A stretch of DNA of 58,196 nucleotides, the filler included, from Squatina squatina (taxonomy: Eukaryota), in the NCBI GenBank assembly GCA_031763465.1. It is 3 parts of 3 records of this genome, joined end to end, with 100 filler letters (N's around TTAATTAATTAA, not from the genome) between each part and the next. Parts side by side here need not be neighbours in the genome. Positions count along the whole stretch, not along the records: positions 13,215 to 34,126 come from JARFOE010000001.1; 2 more parts are not named here. The stretch is one strand, 5' to 3'. Position numbers and translations under genes: made by a program. Positions 13,115 to 24,591 of the stretch are shown here, one piece after another; within the stretch, counting starts at the first letter, position 1; each line of letters opens with the position of its first letter. The notes beneath the pieces are model-generated. The model was given only the letters and a program-made list of their open reading frames with translations. It was not told where the DNA came from and made no database searches.

Positions 13115-13214
13115 NNNNNNNNNNNNNNNNNNNNNNNNNNNNNNNNNNNNNNNNNNNNTTAATTAATTAANNNNNNNNNNNNNNNNNNNNNNNNNNNNNN
13201 NNNNNNNNNNNNNN
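13115..13214. other. Artificial scaffold spacer 44N-TTAATTAATTAA-44N
   Basis: Palindromic 12-mer with stops in all six frames at 13159-13170, centred in exactly 100 nt. Confidence 0.97.
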
Positions 13215-13399
13215 CCTCAATGAGATTATTTTGTTATAACTGCTCCCATTCGTTATCCTCAAATGTGAACATTTCATTGTTGAACAACTTAGTCATGTGA
13301 GAGTGTCAGTAGAAATAAAAGTGTTATCGTCAATCTGTTTGAACTAGAATAGATTGTACCATATATTACACCAAAAATAAGAGAGACAAAAAACCCAGA

Positions 13400-13830
13400 C
13401 TGCTATTAGAAGCGTGGCAGCTACCTTAAGGAATGCACGACATGTACAAACTAGTGCCTCCAGGACGCTGTTTGTTTGATTTTCTGCAGCGTGAAGGTTG
13501 AGTTGAGTCATTTTGCACCCAATTACTTTGCAGTAAATTTGTCGGGTGCTTCTTGTCGTGCTGTATTGATCCGACATGTCACCTTGAACTTGTTTATTGA
13601 CACATCAAAGGAGCCGCTCGATTTAGCGCTTCCCAATTATGGCATTCATATGATGTCACAGGCGTTCCATGTCATTCAGAGAGAGGGGCCATTTTTTCTC
13701 CTTCCTTCCCCATCACCTGAGGTGGTGCTGGTGCCATTTTTCACTGACCTCTTTGAAGATGGATGGCACTTGGTAAAATACATCATTAGCGTCTGTGTCA
13801 TATTATTGTGCCTCAATTTTTTTAACTGAA
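13400..13830. promoter_or_regulatory. Candidate conserved non-coding enhancer
   Basis: Non-repetitive block retaining CpGs, with TGTTTATT (FOX), ACATCAAAG (TCF/LEF, 13602), CCAATTATGG (CArG, 13633) and CTTTGAAG. Confidence 0.4.
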
Positions 13831-14214
13831 AGGTACTTGTTCAACAAATGGATTTTCAATTTACTCTCCGCCGATACTCTGTATAAACAGTTTTCCTAGT
13901 GCAGAGAGGTAAAAAAATCCAGAGAGAAAAATTACACTGAAGCGATGTTGATATTATGCTATGTTTCTGAAGCAGTAGGTCAGCTTTGTGCTGCACTTGT
14001 TCTGAAGGATTGGAGTTGAACCTGTTTGCACTAGTAAAGGCTGAGTCACACTGAACCTTGATCTCAGAACCCGGACAGGTTGGAAATGTTGTCCCAGTCA
14101 CACACTAGGTGGTTTGATCATGGGACAGTGAAGGTTTTTTTGTGGGTGGTGTTGAATTTTATACTTGCGAACATGACTTATATCAACGGTGGGGAGGAGA
14201 ACTCTTTTTTTTCT

Positions 14215-14545
14215 CTCAGCATTAGTACTTAGTAGTCCTAAGTCAGATGTATCACAACCGACTTGCAGAATAAAGCTCCCTCCACTCTAACCCAACAATG
14301 TGCTGTAAACTGCTGCTACAGCAAGAGACGTTTTCATTTTCTACATCATTTATTCTTGTCTTGAATTAGACTGCCAATTCAGTAACAAATTAGGGCCAAC
14401 CCGCAGTAGGAACTGAGTTGAGGCTGCCCACCTTATTCCACAAAGGACCCTTACAAACAGAGAAGAGAGATTGGCATTCCTTTAGTCTAGGCAGGTTTCA
14501 AACCCAGGTCTGCAGACGTGAAAGGAAGTATAGCAACACACGGGA
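14215..14545 (-). mobile_element. Ancient LF-SINE-like element
   Basis: Homologous to 55205-55560 (gcagaataaagctcc vs gcagtataaagctcc); taggaactgagttgagg core and antisense tRNA-like head (aaacccaggtctgcagacgtgaaagg). Confidence 0.5.
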
Positions 14546-15529
14546 TAGTAACTTGCTGGCACACTCAGAAAATTAACAGATATTATTGAGCTCTTTCACC
14601 CTGATGCAATCGGACACAGTAGTTCCTCCACGGCAGGTCCCAGATACAATAATTGGCACGAACCACTTAAACAACATTCAGAAACATCAGCAGTTGTTTA
14701 AATTAGTCAGAATTATTTGTCACTATTAGGTTTTTAAAAGTAGTGCATACACATTTTTAAAACTAGTGGACAGACACAGCAGCAGCAATAATGTTGGAAA
14801 CAATTTAACATTTAACATTGTTAAATCACTCCAAGCTGTGTTGATTGTCCCAATAACAGTTAGCCTCAGGGCATTTTTAGAACAAGTTACATCATCACAT
14901 CAAGTGCTCACTAAATAAAAAGGTTTCCAAGTACCTGGTGAAATTATTCAACATTTGGTATAAACAACACACACAATGGGACTCAATGATTGGGATGGAA
15001 AAGAAACCACCCTTTGGGCTCATGAGTCATGCCTCTGTCGCCGTTTAGCTTTTTTTTCAGTGAATAACTAAGTTCCATCACGTGATCAACTATCGTTCTG
15101 CCAAAAACATCCCTCACACAGGACTAGACCTTTCCTTCAGAGTTGCTTGCCAAATTTCGGTCAGGGCATAATCCCAACTAATGTCTTGCTCAAGGGCCAA
15201 TTTCAGGAATGGTGAGACCTACTGCACGTCTGTGTGATGGGACATGTGTTTGCACCAGCAATTCTCACACAATGTTAAATTACTCCAGGCTGTGAAAACT
15301 TTTGATTACCCCAGTAACTGTTATGGATACTTTGTGGATCAATGAATGGTTTCATTTGTAATTTCCTATCAGATGCATATGGTAATTTAGGACCACTTTT
15401 TTTGTATTGCTTTTCCAGTGTTAGAAGATGGAAAGCCCATCCAAGTGAGAAATAATGAATATGGCTCACTGGGTTGTCAATTGCCTATACTTACAGCCTA
15501 TTATGTTTGCAATTGTTCTGAAAGGGTAA

Positions 15530-15752
15530 ATACAGATATAAACACAAATTGCTGGAAACACTTAGCCGATCAGGCAGCTTTTGTGGAAAGAACAGATGAG
15601 GTTACATTTCGAGTATAAATTCATTGTCAAAACTCATTTTGATGAAAGGTCCACACCAGAAACATTAACTGTTTCTTGTCACAGATGCTGCCTGACTTGC
15701 TGAATGTTTCCAGCATCGCCGGGTTTTGTTTCAGATTTCCAGCATCTGCGGA
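15530..15752. mobile_element. Inverted pair of Penelope-like 3' termini with degenerate hammerhead
   Basis: Minus copy (tgctggaaacacttagccgatcaggcagc) abuts plus copy (ttgatgaaaggtccacaccagaaacattaact..cagatgctgcctgacttgctgaatgtttccagca). Confidence 0.7.
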
Positions 15753-17828
15753 AGGAGGTTTTCCGCTCCAGCATGTGTTGGATTGTAGGGCATCTGTTGC
15801 AGGTTCGTGCCCAAGTACAACTTCACTAAATCATTCTGTACTAGCCGGAGCAGAGTTTTGAGACTTCTGTCCATGCCCCATATATAGGCAAAGCTGTAGT
15901 CAACCTGACATTGTCGGATTAACATTTTGGTACAAGAGGTTAAGACGTAAACATTGGGTGAACTCTTAATCCTGGAGAAACCTTGATGAGCAAGGGGTCA
16001 ATCAGATAAAAGCATCTCTTTTTTGTACACTTATTTAGTCATTAACAAACAGCAGGGGTCCTCCAATTTTGGGACCAAATGTGTTGCCAACAATATGTTA
16101 AGGTGTTTGTCTTTTGGAAAAGTGTATTTGTGTAGTTTTTGTGAAAACCCNNNNNNNNNNNNNNNNNNNNNNNNNNNNNNNNNNNNNNNNNNNNNNNNNN
16201 NNNNNNNNNNNNNNNNNNNNNNNNNNNNNNNNNNNNNNNNNNNNNNNNNNCCACATGTATCCAAAATCCTTTATCAGCATATTGGCATTTACTCCCCAGG
16301 CTGACATGGTGAATCCCCCACCCCCACTTCGCTCATGCACACTTTGTCATTCCAATCATAACCCACCAAATTAAAATCACACCACTGTTGTCAGCTTTGT
16401 TGTTATCAGTCTTTAGAAAACATATGAGTGATTTTTTTCAACAATTTGAATTGCAATTGAGTAGCGTTCTCCAATGCTTGTTATGTGTTTTAATGGAACG
16501 ATCTCACTGCTTGGGCTACGACACTCAGGGTCACAGTAAAGTCAGCCACCCGTGGCTAAATTAAATCTAATAGAAACACAGCTAATTGCATTATTTCATG
16601 TAGTGTAATGAAATTGCATTATGTAAAGTGCTAAAAAGGCTGTTAAGCTGTCCAGTGCCAGTTGTAGGAATTCAGAATTCATTGGCTGGTGCAGTAATTG
16701 GATGCAGATGACCCTTAAGGGGCCAATGAGGAACATTGCAGCCACTTAGATAGGAAATAACAGCCATTCGAATGCTGAATACGGCACCAATCGTCCCATA
16801 AGTGATAAACATTTGGCAACGATTTACATAACTCTTCTTGCCTGCTGCGTCCCACAAGAAGGTAGTCAGTAGGTGATCAGGCACTGGGAAGCAGTGATCA
16901 GAATTTTTTTTTAGCCGTGCTGATGATCCTTCTACCAGTTGAGGCAAGCGGTGATGGGTGTCGGAAATAGAACACTGATCAAAAGTTAGAAAACTGTGAA
17001 ATTCGGCACCTTAGCGCCAGCAGTTAAGGCCGGTTTGAAGAAAGGAAATGGCGGCTGCCTCGCTTCCGCCAACTTCCGGTGCAGCCTTGGTGAGGGTAAT
17101 AGCGCGGGTGAGACGTGTGTGAGCCGGTAGTATCCAGAGTAGGCAGATCATGACATCAGTCAGCGTGCAACGCTGATGTGATGCACAAGCTGCCATTTTG
17201 GACATCACCGTTTCAATCAACTCCCTTTCCTAAACATGCACAGCTGAATGTGCGTTGAGGTGCCCAAGGGACCCTCCACCAACGCTATTTGAAGGGATAC
17301 ATCCAACCTGCAAGTGTGTTGATAACTTCTCTTGTACTGGCCCTTGCAGAGCTTATATGAATACTGGTCTGCGAGAAGACATTTATAAAGTTGTTAAAGT
17401 GTTCAGGGAGTGTAGCTGGATGTTGGGAAGGTGTTGGCTGCTGCTGGAAGGTCACTGACTATACAACTTGCTCCCAGTCATGGAGACTCTACTTTCAGTC
17501 TCCCTCGCACTGCAGTATGACAGGGAGATGGAGCAGAGGCAGCAAAGATGACAAGCTGCTTGCAGAGGGAGGAGGGGAAGGAGGGCTCAAAGTTAGTGTC
17601 TTCAGGGAGCACTTCTCTCAGCTGCGTCTAAGCCAGGAGCAGTGTGTTTGGCAGTTCCGCTTCACCAAGGAGGTGGCCACAGAATGCTGCCACCACTTGG
17701 AACCAGACCTGCCGCCTCACAGCAGGGCAACGACACCGCAGTCACTGGCTCTCAAGGGTGACAGCGACCCTGAAATTTTTTTGCCAGCGGATTCTTCCAG
17801 GCTGGAACAAACGATATAGAAAACATCT

Positions 17829-18149
17829 CATACGAAAGCAAAATACTGCGGAAATACTGCCGGAAATCTGAAATAAAAAGAGAAAATGCTGGAAATACTC
17901 AGCAGGTCAGGCAGCATCTGTGGAGAGAGAAACAAAGTTAACGTTTCAGGTCGATGACCCTTCGTCAGAACTGGAAAAAGATAAGAGACGTAACAGGTTT
18001 TTAAGCAAGTGTAGGGGCAGGGAAAGGGGGAGGGGAGAAAAGAACAAAAGGGAAGGTCCGTGATAGGGTAGAAGGCAGAAGGGATTAAAAGCAAAAGGGA
18101 TGATGATGTAAGGCCAAGGGAGATGGTAATGGGACAAGTTAAGAAAGTA
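17829..18149 (-). mobile_element. Short Penelope-derived insertion inside the transposase, 13-bp TSD
   Basis: Flanked by ATAGAAAACATCT (17816-17828) and ATAGAAAATATCT (18150-18162); homologous to the 3' UTR of the 8184-8741 element. Confidence 0.85.
17936..17972 (-). ncRNA. Minimal type I hammerhead ribozyme motif
   Basis: Minus strand AGTT-CTGACGA-A-GGGTC-ATC-GACCT-GAAAC-GTT-AACT: helix I AGUU/AACU, CUGANGA and GAAA core, helix II, palindromic ACGU helix III, GUU cleavage triplet. Confidence 0.7.
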
Positions 18150-19934
18150 ATAGAAAATATCTTGCAGTTCGCCATCCATGGCTGTATCCAGGAGGTCACA
18201 GAGGCTAAGTACTCAAAGAGAAGGGACTTCATTGTCTTCGCTCTAAACAGAGAGAAGCATGCACATGGCTTTGCCAGGATATTGGGCTTCCCCATGGGCA
18301 GGGTGCCATCGACTGCACATAAATAGCTTTGCGGGCGCCCTATAGCAATGCTGAGATGTACCGTAACCGTAAAGGCTACCACTCTCTTAATGTTGGTGTG
18401 CGGCCAGGCCCAGCACATCCTGATGATGAATGTCCAGTATCCTGGCAGCAGTCATGAAGCCATCATCCTACACTCGCTCCTTGTGCCAGCAATCTTCCAG
18501 CCACTGTGTCAAACCCAAGGGTGGCTGCTCGAAGAGAAGAGCTACCCACTCTGCACCTGATTACTCCACTCCGTAACCCCGCTCGTGGAGGGGAATGGCC
18601 ACTCATGGCCAGCAATCATATAATGTCAGCCATGCTGCCAGGAGTAACCTCACTGAGCGGACCATTGGGGTGCTCAAGAAATGGTTCCACTTCCTTGACT
18701 GCTCGGGAGGAGCTCTCCAGTACTTCGCAGAGAGGGTTGTCCCAAATCGTGGTGGTCTGCTGCATCCTCCACAACTCGGCCAACACGAGGGCGCAGCCCT
18801 TGCCACCACAAGTTCCATGACTACCTCAGGAGGAGGAAGACAAGGAGGAGAAGGAGGAAAGGAAGAGACAGGCAGCAAATCCATTCCTGGCAGGCTGTCC
18901 GTGAGCGCATCATCATACTTTGGTTCCCTGAACCCCGTTGCTCAATACTTCCCCACCTTACCATCCCTCAGTCACGGAACAGCACNNNNNNNNNNNNNNN
19001 NNNNNNNNNNNNNNNNNNNNNNNNNNNNNNNNNNNNNNNNNNNNNNNNNNNNNNNNNNNNNNNNNNNNNNNNNNNNNNNNNNNNNTTTTACCTCGAATTG
19101 GCTGCCCCTAGCATCTTCACAATGTCCCAGCCAATTTCCCGGGAGGCAATAGTACCTACACCCACCCCGCCCCGAGCAAAAATCAGTTAGCACCCCGTTA
19201 GCACCTCACAGAGGCACCAACAGGGCTATAAAAAGGGGCAATTTCACCCCCTTGCAGATTCAGCAAAGAATCCCAATATCCAGTTCCTCGGGGAGCACAA
19301 AAAGGAATGAGAAAAATAAATTAGGAAGAACAGAATTTCTAGAAAACTTTCTTCACCTCTGGAGAATGAGGGAATATATGGATGGAGCTGTAAACAGCAG
19401 CAGAAACTAAAGCCATCTATTCTATCTCCTCATCCCAGCAATGGTGATGTTTCCACATCTGGATTTGCCTTCCAGTAAGTTGGTGTTTCAGACCCTGCAA
19501 ACTGCAATTAGCAGGTAAAGGAGTTAATCACCTTAATGACCCAACTGGCTGGAGGTGTGGTTGAACATTGTCTATTGTTCCGCAGTCATTGTGAAGGGAA
19601 AAACAATCTGGGTCAGAGTGATATTTAAACTCTTAAGTGGAGCCACTAATCTCCATTAATCCCCCTTTAAGGATGAGACATAATACATCAGTCAGAGAGT
19701 AGTTAATGCACGGCCCTCCAATAACATGCTATAATACCTAACCCTATCAGAAAGAATATGCACTTCAGTATTAAATGCAACCTCCACAGATAGAAATTAC
19801 ATTACTGCTCAGCACTTTAAGCCATCTCTTGCTTATTGCTCTTTAAAGCCTTTTGCTCTTGCTGTCCATGTCTGAATCTATAATGGTGGAAATGTGCTTT
19901 GCAATATTAGTAACAAATAATATCTCAAAATAAC

Positions 19935-20480
19935 TATGGATGATGAAGACCATTCGACTCATCTTAATTCATTTATCCAGAAACACCATACAGCCCTCTC
20001 CAACCCCCTGCCCCTCATTGCTATGTCTAATTGTTTCTTAAATGAATATTGGTCTTTTGCCTCTACTACTCTATCTGAAACTCTATTCCAGGTGTTGATT
20101 ACTTTGTGTGAAGAAGGGTTTCTGTCAATTCTAAATTTAAACCTGTATTCTCATGTCCTTCAATTTGCAGTAGTGTGGATTTACCATTTTTCATTCTGTT
20201 AACTATCTTGTATACCTCTCTATAAGGTCACCTTTAAGATGTCTCCATTTCAGGCTGTAAAGCCTAAACGTCTCCAGTCCTTCCTCATAACTCAGACCGC
20301 TGACACTAAGGATCAACTCTTCTCTTCACTGGTTCTAGTGTTTAAATGCCTTCCATATTTCTTAGTGACCGCTTCCTCTGACTTGTATTTTATTGCATTG
20401 GCTAAATAGCCTAACATTTCTATTGGTTTGGTTGATTGCTGTTCTGTTTTGTTTAGACATGTTAAGTGTCAAGTCTACTC
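19935..20480 (-). mobile_element. Old CR1 3' region
   Basis: ttccaggtgttgattactttgtgtgaagaag and ctccagtccttcctcataact match antisense CR1 ORF2 end. Confidence 0.6.
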
Positions 20481-20481
20481 T

Positions 20482-20675
20482 TCTTAGGCAGTCCCTCGAG
20501 GTCGAGGATGACTTGCTTCCACTCCGGAGTTGTGGGTTCTGAGATGACTAAATAGTCCTATCCGGGTCCACAAACTTGACCACAGGTGGGGCAGGTGTTG
20601 TTTGATGGGGCGAGTGGGTGGGATGCTCGGGTTTCCGTGCGCTCCTTCCGCTGCCTGCGCTTGGCCTCCACGTGC
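20482..20675 (-). mobile_element. RTE-clade LINE 3' end
   Basis: Minus strand EAKRRQRKER..TCPTCGQVCG/RIGLFSHLRTH (C-terminal C2H2 finger) followed by a short 3' tail. Confidence 0.8.
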
Positions 20676-21732
20676 NNNNNNNNNNNNNNNNNNNNNNNNN
20701 NNNNNNNNNNNNNNNNNNNNNNNNNNNNNNNNNNNNNNNNNNNNNNNNNNNNNNNNNNNNNNNNNNNNNNNNNNNTTTACAGAGACTTACTTTAAGAGAA
20801 CTAGTTCATCTGTCTGCCATTAATCACGGACCTAAAAAGAGTTTATTAATGTCTTGTCAGTCAGTAATAGAAAAGAAATGCTGTCAGCTACCCTCGCACA
20901 GTGTATGTGCAAAGAATGGTGATTAAGCAACAGATTAAACATTTTCATGAATATTTTAAGGGATGTTTTTGAATGTTTCCTGTTCTTTTACACTAATAGC
21001 CCCATTAAAACCTGTTTGTAGGCCAGCGCTGGTAGTTACAATGTGCACTTAAAACAGCAACAGCGTCCCCAGGAGAAGTGCTGACCACATGACCCTTCCC
21101 CCCTCCAGCAGATCAATGCGGCTTTTAGAGTGAGACTATTCACAGACGAGTCATTAGAAATAGTAGATTATGGCTTTATGTGTAGGATATGCAGAAGAGC
21201 TGTCACTCACTGACATATGCCTGAAATGACTACGTCCACAAGTAAGGCTGACTGCGTACATCATGGGCGACAAGGTCACAAGTGAGTTACGATCAGGCTT
21301 GTGCCTCGAGATAGTTATCGTATCTCACTGCCAGCCATAACTCATTCTATTTGTACCACAATTACAATGGTACAATCGCAGACGACAGTGAAGTAGGAGC
21401 CTAAGGTATATGGCATCTCACAGCTGCCCTCCAAACAGCACAACCGTGAATCATTAGGAAATAAGGGACAGCACGTTTCAGAGGATTTGGTAGAAGCTGG
21501 AATTGGTTCTTTACCTGGTGCCCCTCTAGCTGTTGTCAGTTTTTGTCTGAAACATGCGTTATTGAATAGTTTGATAGAGTGCTTTTTGTTAAAAAAACAA
21601 TCGGACTGAAATTCCTGCAGGACCACTCTCACTCCAAGTGGACAGGTCCAGATCTGGCCCTAATTATGAATATATGACAAGGGACATCACTCCAGTAAGG
21701 GAGCTTTAGCAGCACTCTCTGAGAACAGCAAG

Positions 21733-21965
21733 CTGGAATGGTGGAGTGCACCGAGAGGCTCTGACCATGGAGAGGTGGTCCTGGAATGGTGGAGTGCACC
21801 GTGACACTCTGGCTGTGGACAGAAGATCCTGGAATGTGGATCAGAACGGGTGAGCCTCTGACCATGGGAAGAAGATCCTGGAGTGGTAGAGCAGCACCAT
21901 AACAACGGAGAGGGGTTCTTGGAACGTCAGAGCTGAACTGTGAGGCTCTGATAGCAGAGACCATC
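21733..21965. repeat. ~48-bp minisatellite, about 5 diverging units
   Basis: CTGGA(A/G)TG units start at 21733, 21781, 21829 and 21878, with a degenerate one at ~21919. Confidence 0.8.
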
Positions 21966-22329
21966 GTGTAGAACCTGCAGCCAGCTGGATGGCATAGACG
22001 GTATGTATCATTAATTTTGTACTGCTGTGCATCTTTTAATACTATTATGCTGATGATTACCTTAATGGAGCCTTTGTAAAATCTTTCATGGTAGGCCAAT
22101 GTCATTCTGCTAAGCCGACCTCTATGTTGTTGTACTGTATGTTGTACCATATATATTTTTCCAGTAAATCGCAAATTGTTTTGTGGTTACGAGAAATAAA
22201 TGTTTGACAAGTAAAACCACAATGCCTGGATATAAGTACAATAATAAGCTCATGACTATGCTTATGTCTGTTGTAAATTTCCAGAGCGCAATTGGTCCTG
22301 GATTGCAAAGGCCAGCAATGGAGCTCCTC

Positions 22330-22730
22330 CAGATTCCTCCATCATAACCCATGGGCAGCAGGACAGACCCCTCCCAGAGGTGGGGGAACAGTGGTGTACA
22401 GTCAGGAGGGAGTGGCCTTGAGGGTGCTTAACATAGACTCTGGGTCACATGAAGTCTCAAAGTTTCAGGTCAAACATGGGCAAGGAAACCTCCTGCTAAT
22501 TACCATCTACCACCCTCCCTCAGCTGATGAATCAGTACTCCTCTATGTTGAACACCATTTGGAAGAAACACAAAGAGTAGCAGGTGCACAGAATGTACTC
22601 TGGGTGGGGGACTTCAATGTCCATCACCAAGACTGGCTCGGTAGCACCACTACTGACCGAGCTGGCCGTGTCCTGATGGATGTTACTGCCAGACTTGAAC
22701 TGCGACAGGTAGTGAGAGAACAACACGAGG
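22330..22730 (+). mobile_element. Non-LTR retrotransposon APE endonuclease fragment
   Basis: RGGGTVVY..LLLITIYHPPS..LWVGDFNVHH..LRQVVRE are AP-endonuclease motifs; clade not assigned. Confidence 0.85.
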
Positions 22731-23231
22731 NNNNNNNNNNNNNNNNNNNNNNNNNNNNNNNNNNNNNNNNNNNNNNNNNNNNNNNNNNNNNNNNNNNNNN
22801 NNNNNNNNNNNNNNNNNNNNNNNNNNNNNNTGCCAATGTAACAGAGAGACTGCAGAAGTGCTGGAGAATGGAAGAAAGTCGTGTGAACAGCAAGCGGTGG
22901 TGACTGACAGGGGAGCTGGAGGGAATGGGCAGTCAGGTTTGTACAGTCCATAGAAGTGCTCAACAGATTAACACTGACTAGCGATTTCACCTCCCAGAAC
23001 AAACACTGAAGTATGAATATGGTGACTGTAACCCAGAGGGTGCTGTATGTAAACAGACCAAAGTTAATATGCAGCAACTCTGAACTTTATAACGGTTATG
23101 ATTACGGAGCAGGTTGGTTTAAATCAACTCAGCAGGGCTAACCAAAGTGATGACACATTGTCCGAGACCCCGATTCAGCTCTGTGAATTCAGTGCCGCTC
23201 AAAGGCGACTGATCTACGGGGCTAGGAATCT

Positions 23232-23383
23232 TCATTGTCCTTTCTGGAGGGGTTTGCGATACTTGCACTGGATCCAGACCCGATACATGGTCAGTTGCTT
23301 CCCACGGTTAACTTGTAGGCGTCGATCGACTAGGTTCTGGACTTCCTCCAGGCCGGCAGCTGTGAAGAGCTCATCCAGTCCGG
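23232..23383 (-). CDS. METTL2: METTL2 (tRNA m3C methyltransferase) last coding exon
   Basis: Acceptor ctccttctcccag|CC, phase 1; [49 protein letters not shown] matches the METTL2 C-terminus. Confidence 0.93.
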
Positions 23384-23509
23384 CTGGGAGAAGGAGACAG
23401 TAATACAGGTTAGGTGAGTGGAGGCCTCGTCAGCTCTGCCGTGTTATAATCAAGTGCCAGCCACTGACCCACTCTTAGTAGCTTTAGAAATGGCACTTTA
23501 GAAGTTTAA

Positions 23510-23840
23510 AACAGAAGAGATCATCCAGCTCAGCATGTCTGTGCCAGAATCCAAAACTAATCCCACTGCCCTGCTCTCTCTCTCTCTCTAGATTGTGTCT
23601 AAATATTTATCTACTTTTCCCTTAAAAGATGCAATAATCTCCGCCTCAACTACTCCCTGTGGAAAAGCATTTCCTCTGCTTAAAGAAACTCTCCCAACCT
23701 CTTTCCTCACTCGCTAAACAACAATTTTAAATAGTTGAATCCTGGTCACTGACTCTCCAACGAGAAGCAACAGTCCTTCCTTAATCACCTTCATTAAGCC
23801 CTTCATAATTTGAGACGCCTCCATTAGCTCTCTTCTTAGC
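23510..23840 (-). mobile_element. Degenerate CR1 3' end in METTL2 intron
   Basis: ctaatcccactgccctgctctctc..ctccgcctcaactactccctgtgg antisense CR1 tail. Confidence 0.6.
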
Positions 23841-23865
23841 TGGGAGGAGTAACACTAAGGTAAGA

Positions 23866-24275
23866 AATAACTTGCATTTAAATTGCACCTTTCACGAACA
23901 CAGGGTGTCCCAAAGCGTTTCACAGCCAATGAAGTACTTTTTGAAGCACAGTCGCTGTTGTAATGTAGGGAAATGCGGCAGGCAATTTGCGCACGGGAAT
24001 ATCCCAGAGATAAATGAGTAAATCATCTGTTTTAGTGATGCTGGTTGAGGAATAAATATTGGCCAGGACACCAGGAGAACTTTTTGAATAGTGCCATGGG
24101 ATCTGCCTGAGGGGGCAGGCAGGGCCTTAGCTTAATGTCACATCTGAAAGACGGCACCTCTGCCAGTTCAGCACTCCCATCGTGCTGCACTGAAGTGTCA
24201 GCCTTGATTATGCGCTCAAATGTTTGGAGTGGAGCTTGAGCTCATGACCTTTTGACTTGGAGGCAGAAGTATGTA
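23866..24275 (-). mobile_element. tRNA-derived SINE (SacSINE1/DeuSINE-like), near full length
   Basis: L2-type tail (aacttgcatttaaattgcacctttcac), central aaatattggccaggacacc, antisense tRNA head; several copies in the window. Confidence 0.8.
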
Positions 24276-24525
24276 TCTTGGCTGTGCTAAACCAATAGGC
24301 TAGCTGCTCGGAGTGCTCATCCTAATATTCCAGCATTGACAATATTAGGAAGAGATCAGGTCAATAAAACATGATTTTACCATACTAAAGTTAAAAAGGG
24401 ATCACTTCACAATAGAAATTGTGGATCAAATCACTGGCGATTTTAATGTAGCAGTGGTTCCCCTAAAGTCCCACATTCGTAAATAACAATTACTAGAGAT
24501 TGAACTGCAAACACTGCACAAGTAC

Positions 24526-24591
24526 CTGGTGTGAAAAAATAAACTCTGGTCCCATCTCCTCGAACGTAGAAGTTTTCAGATAGACAACGAC
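24526..24591 (-). CDS. METTL2: METTL2 penultimate exon (66 nt)
   Basis: tgattgtag|GT..CCAG|gtact, phase 1-1; encodes (G)[21 protein letters not shown] and splices in frame to 23383. Confidence 0.93.

Larger units (their letters stand above)
17500..18850 (+). pseudogene. Harbinger (HARBI1-family, DDE_Tnp_4) transposase pseudogene
   Basis: Motifs FRFTKE, ISQFAIHGCIQEVTEA, GAIDCT, YRNRKGYHSLNV, YPGSSHEAIIL, GWLLEEKSYPL, ERTIGVLKKWFHFLD, IVVVCCILHN; multiple stops and frameshifts. Confidence 0.92.
16993..19251 (+). mobile_element. Harbinger/PIF DNA transposon, decayed
   Basis: Contains a transposase pseudogene; partial terminal inverted match GTGAAATT (~16997) / AATTTCAC (~19240). Internal gap makes boundaries approximate. 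Confidence 0.7.

Noticed and set aside
17500-18850. Domesticated HARBI1 gene
   Set aside because: Multiple stops and frameshifts, loss of the second catalytic Asp (GD reads EE) and a retroelement insertion indicate a dead transposon copy.
21733-21965. CRISPR-like repeat-spacer array
   Set aside because: Vertebrate context; the apparent spacers are homologous to each other, so it is a diverged minisatellite; no cas genes.
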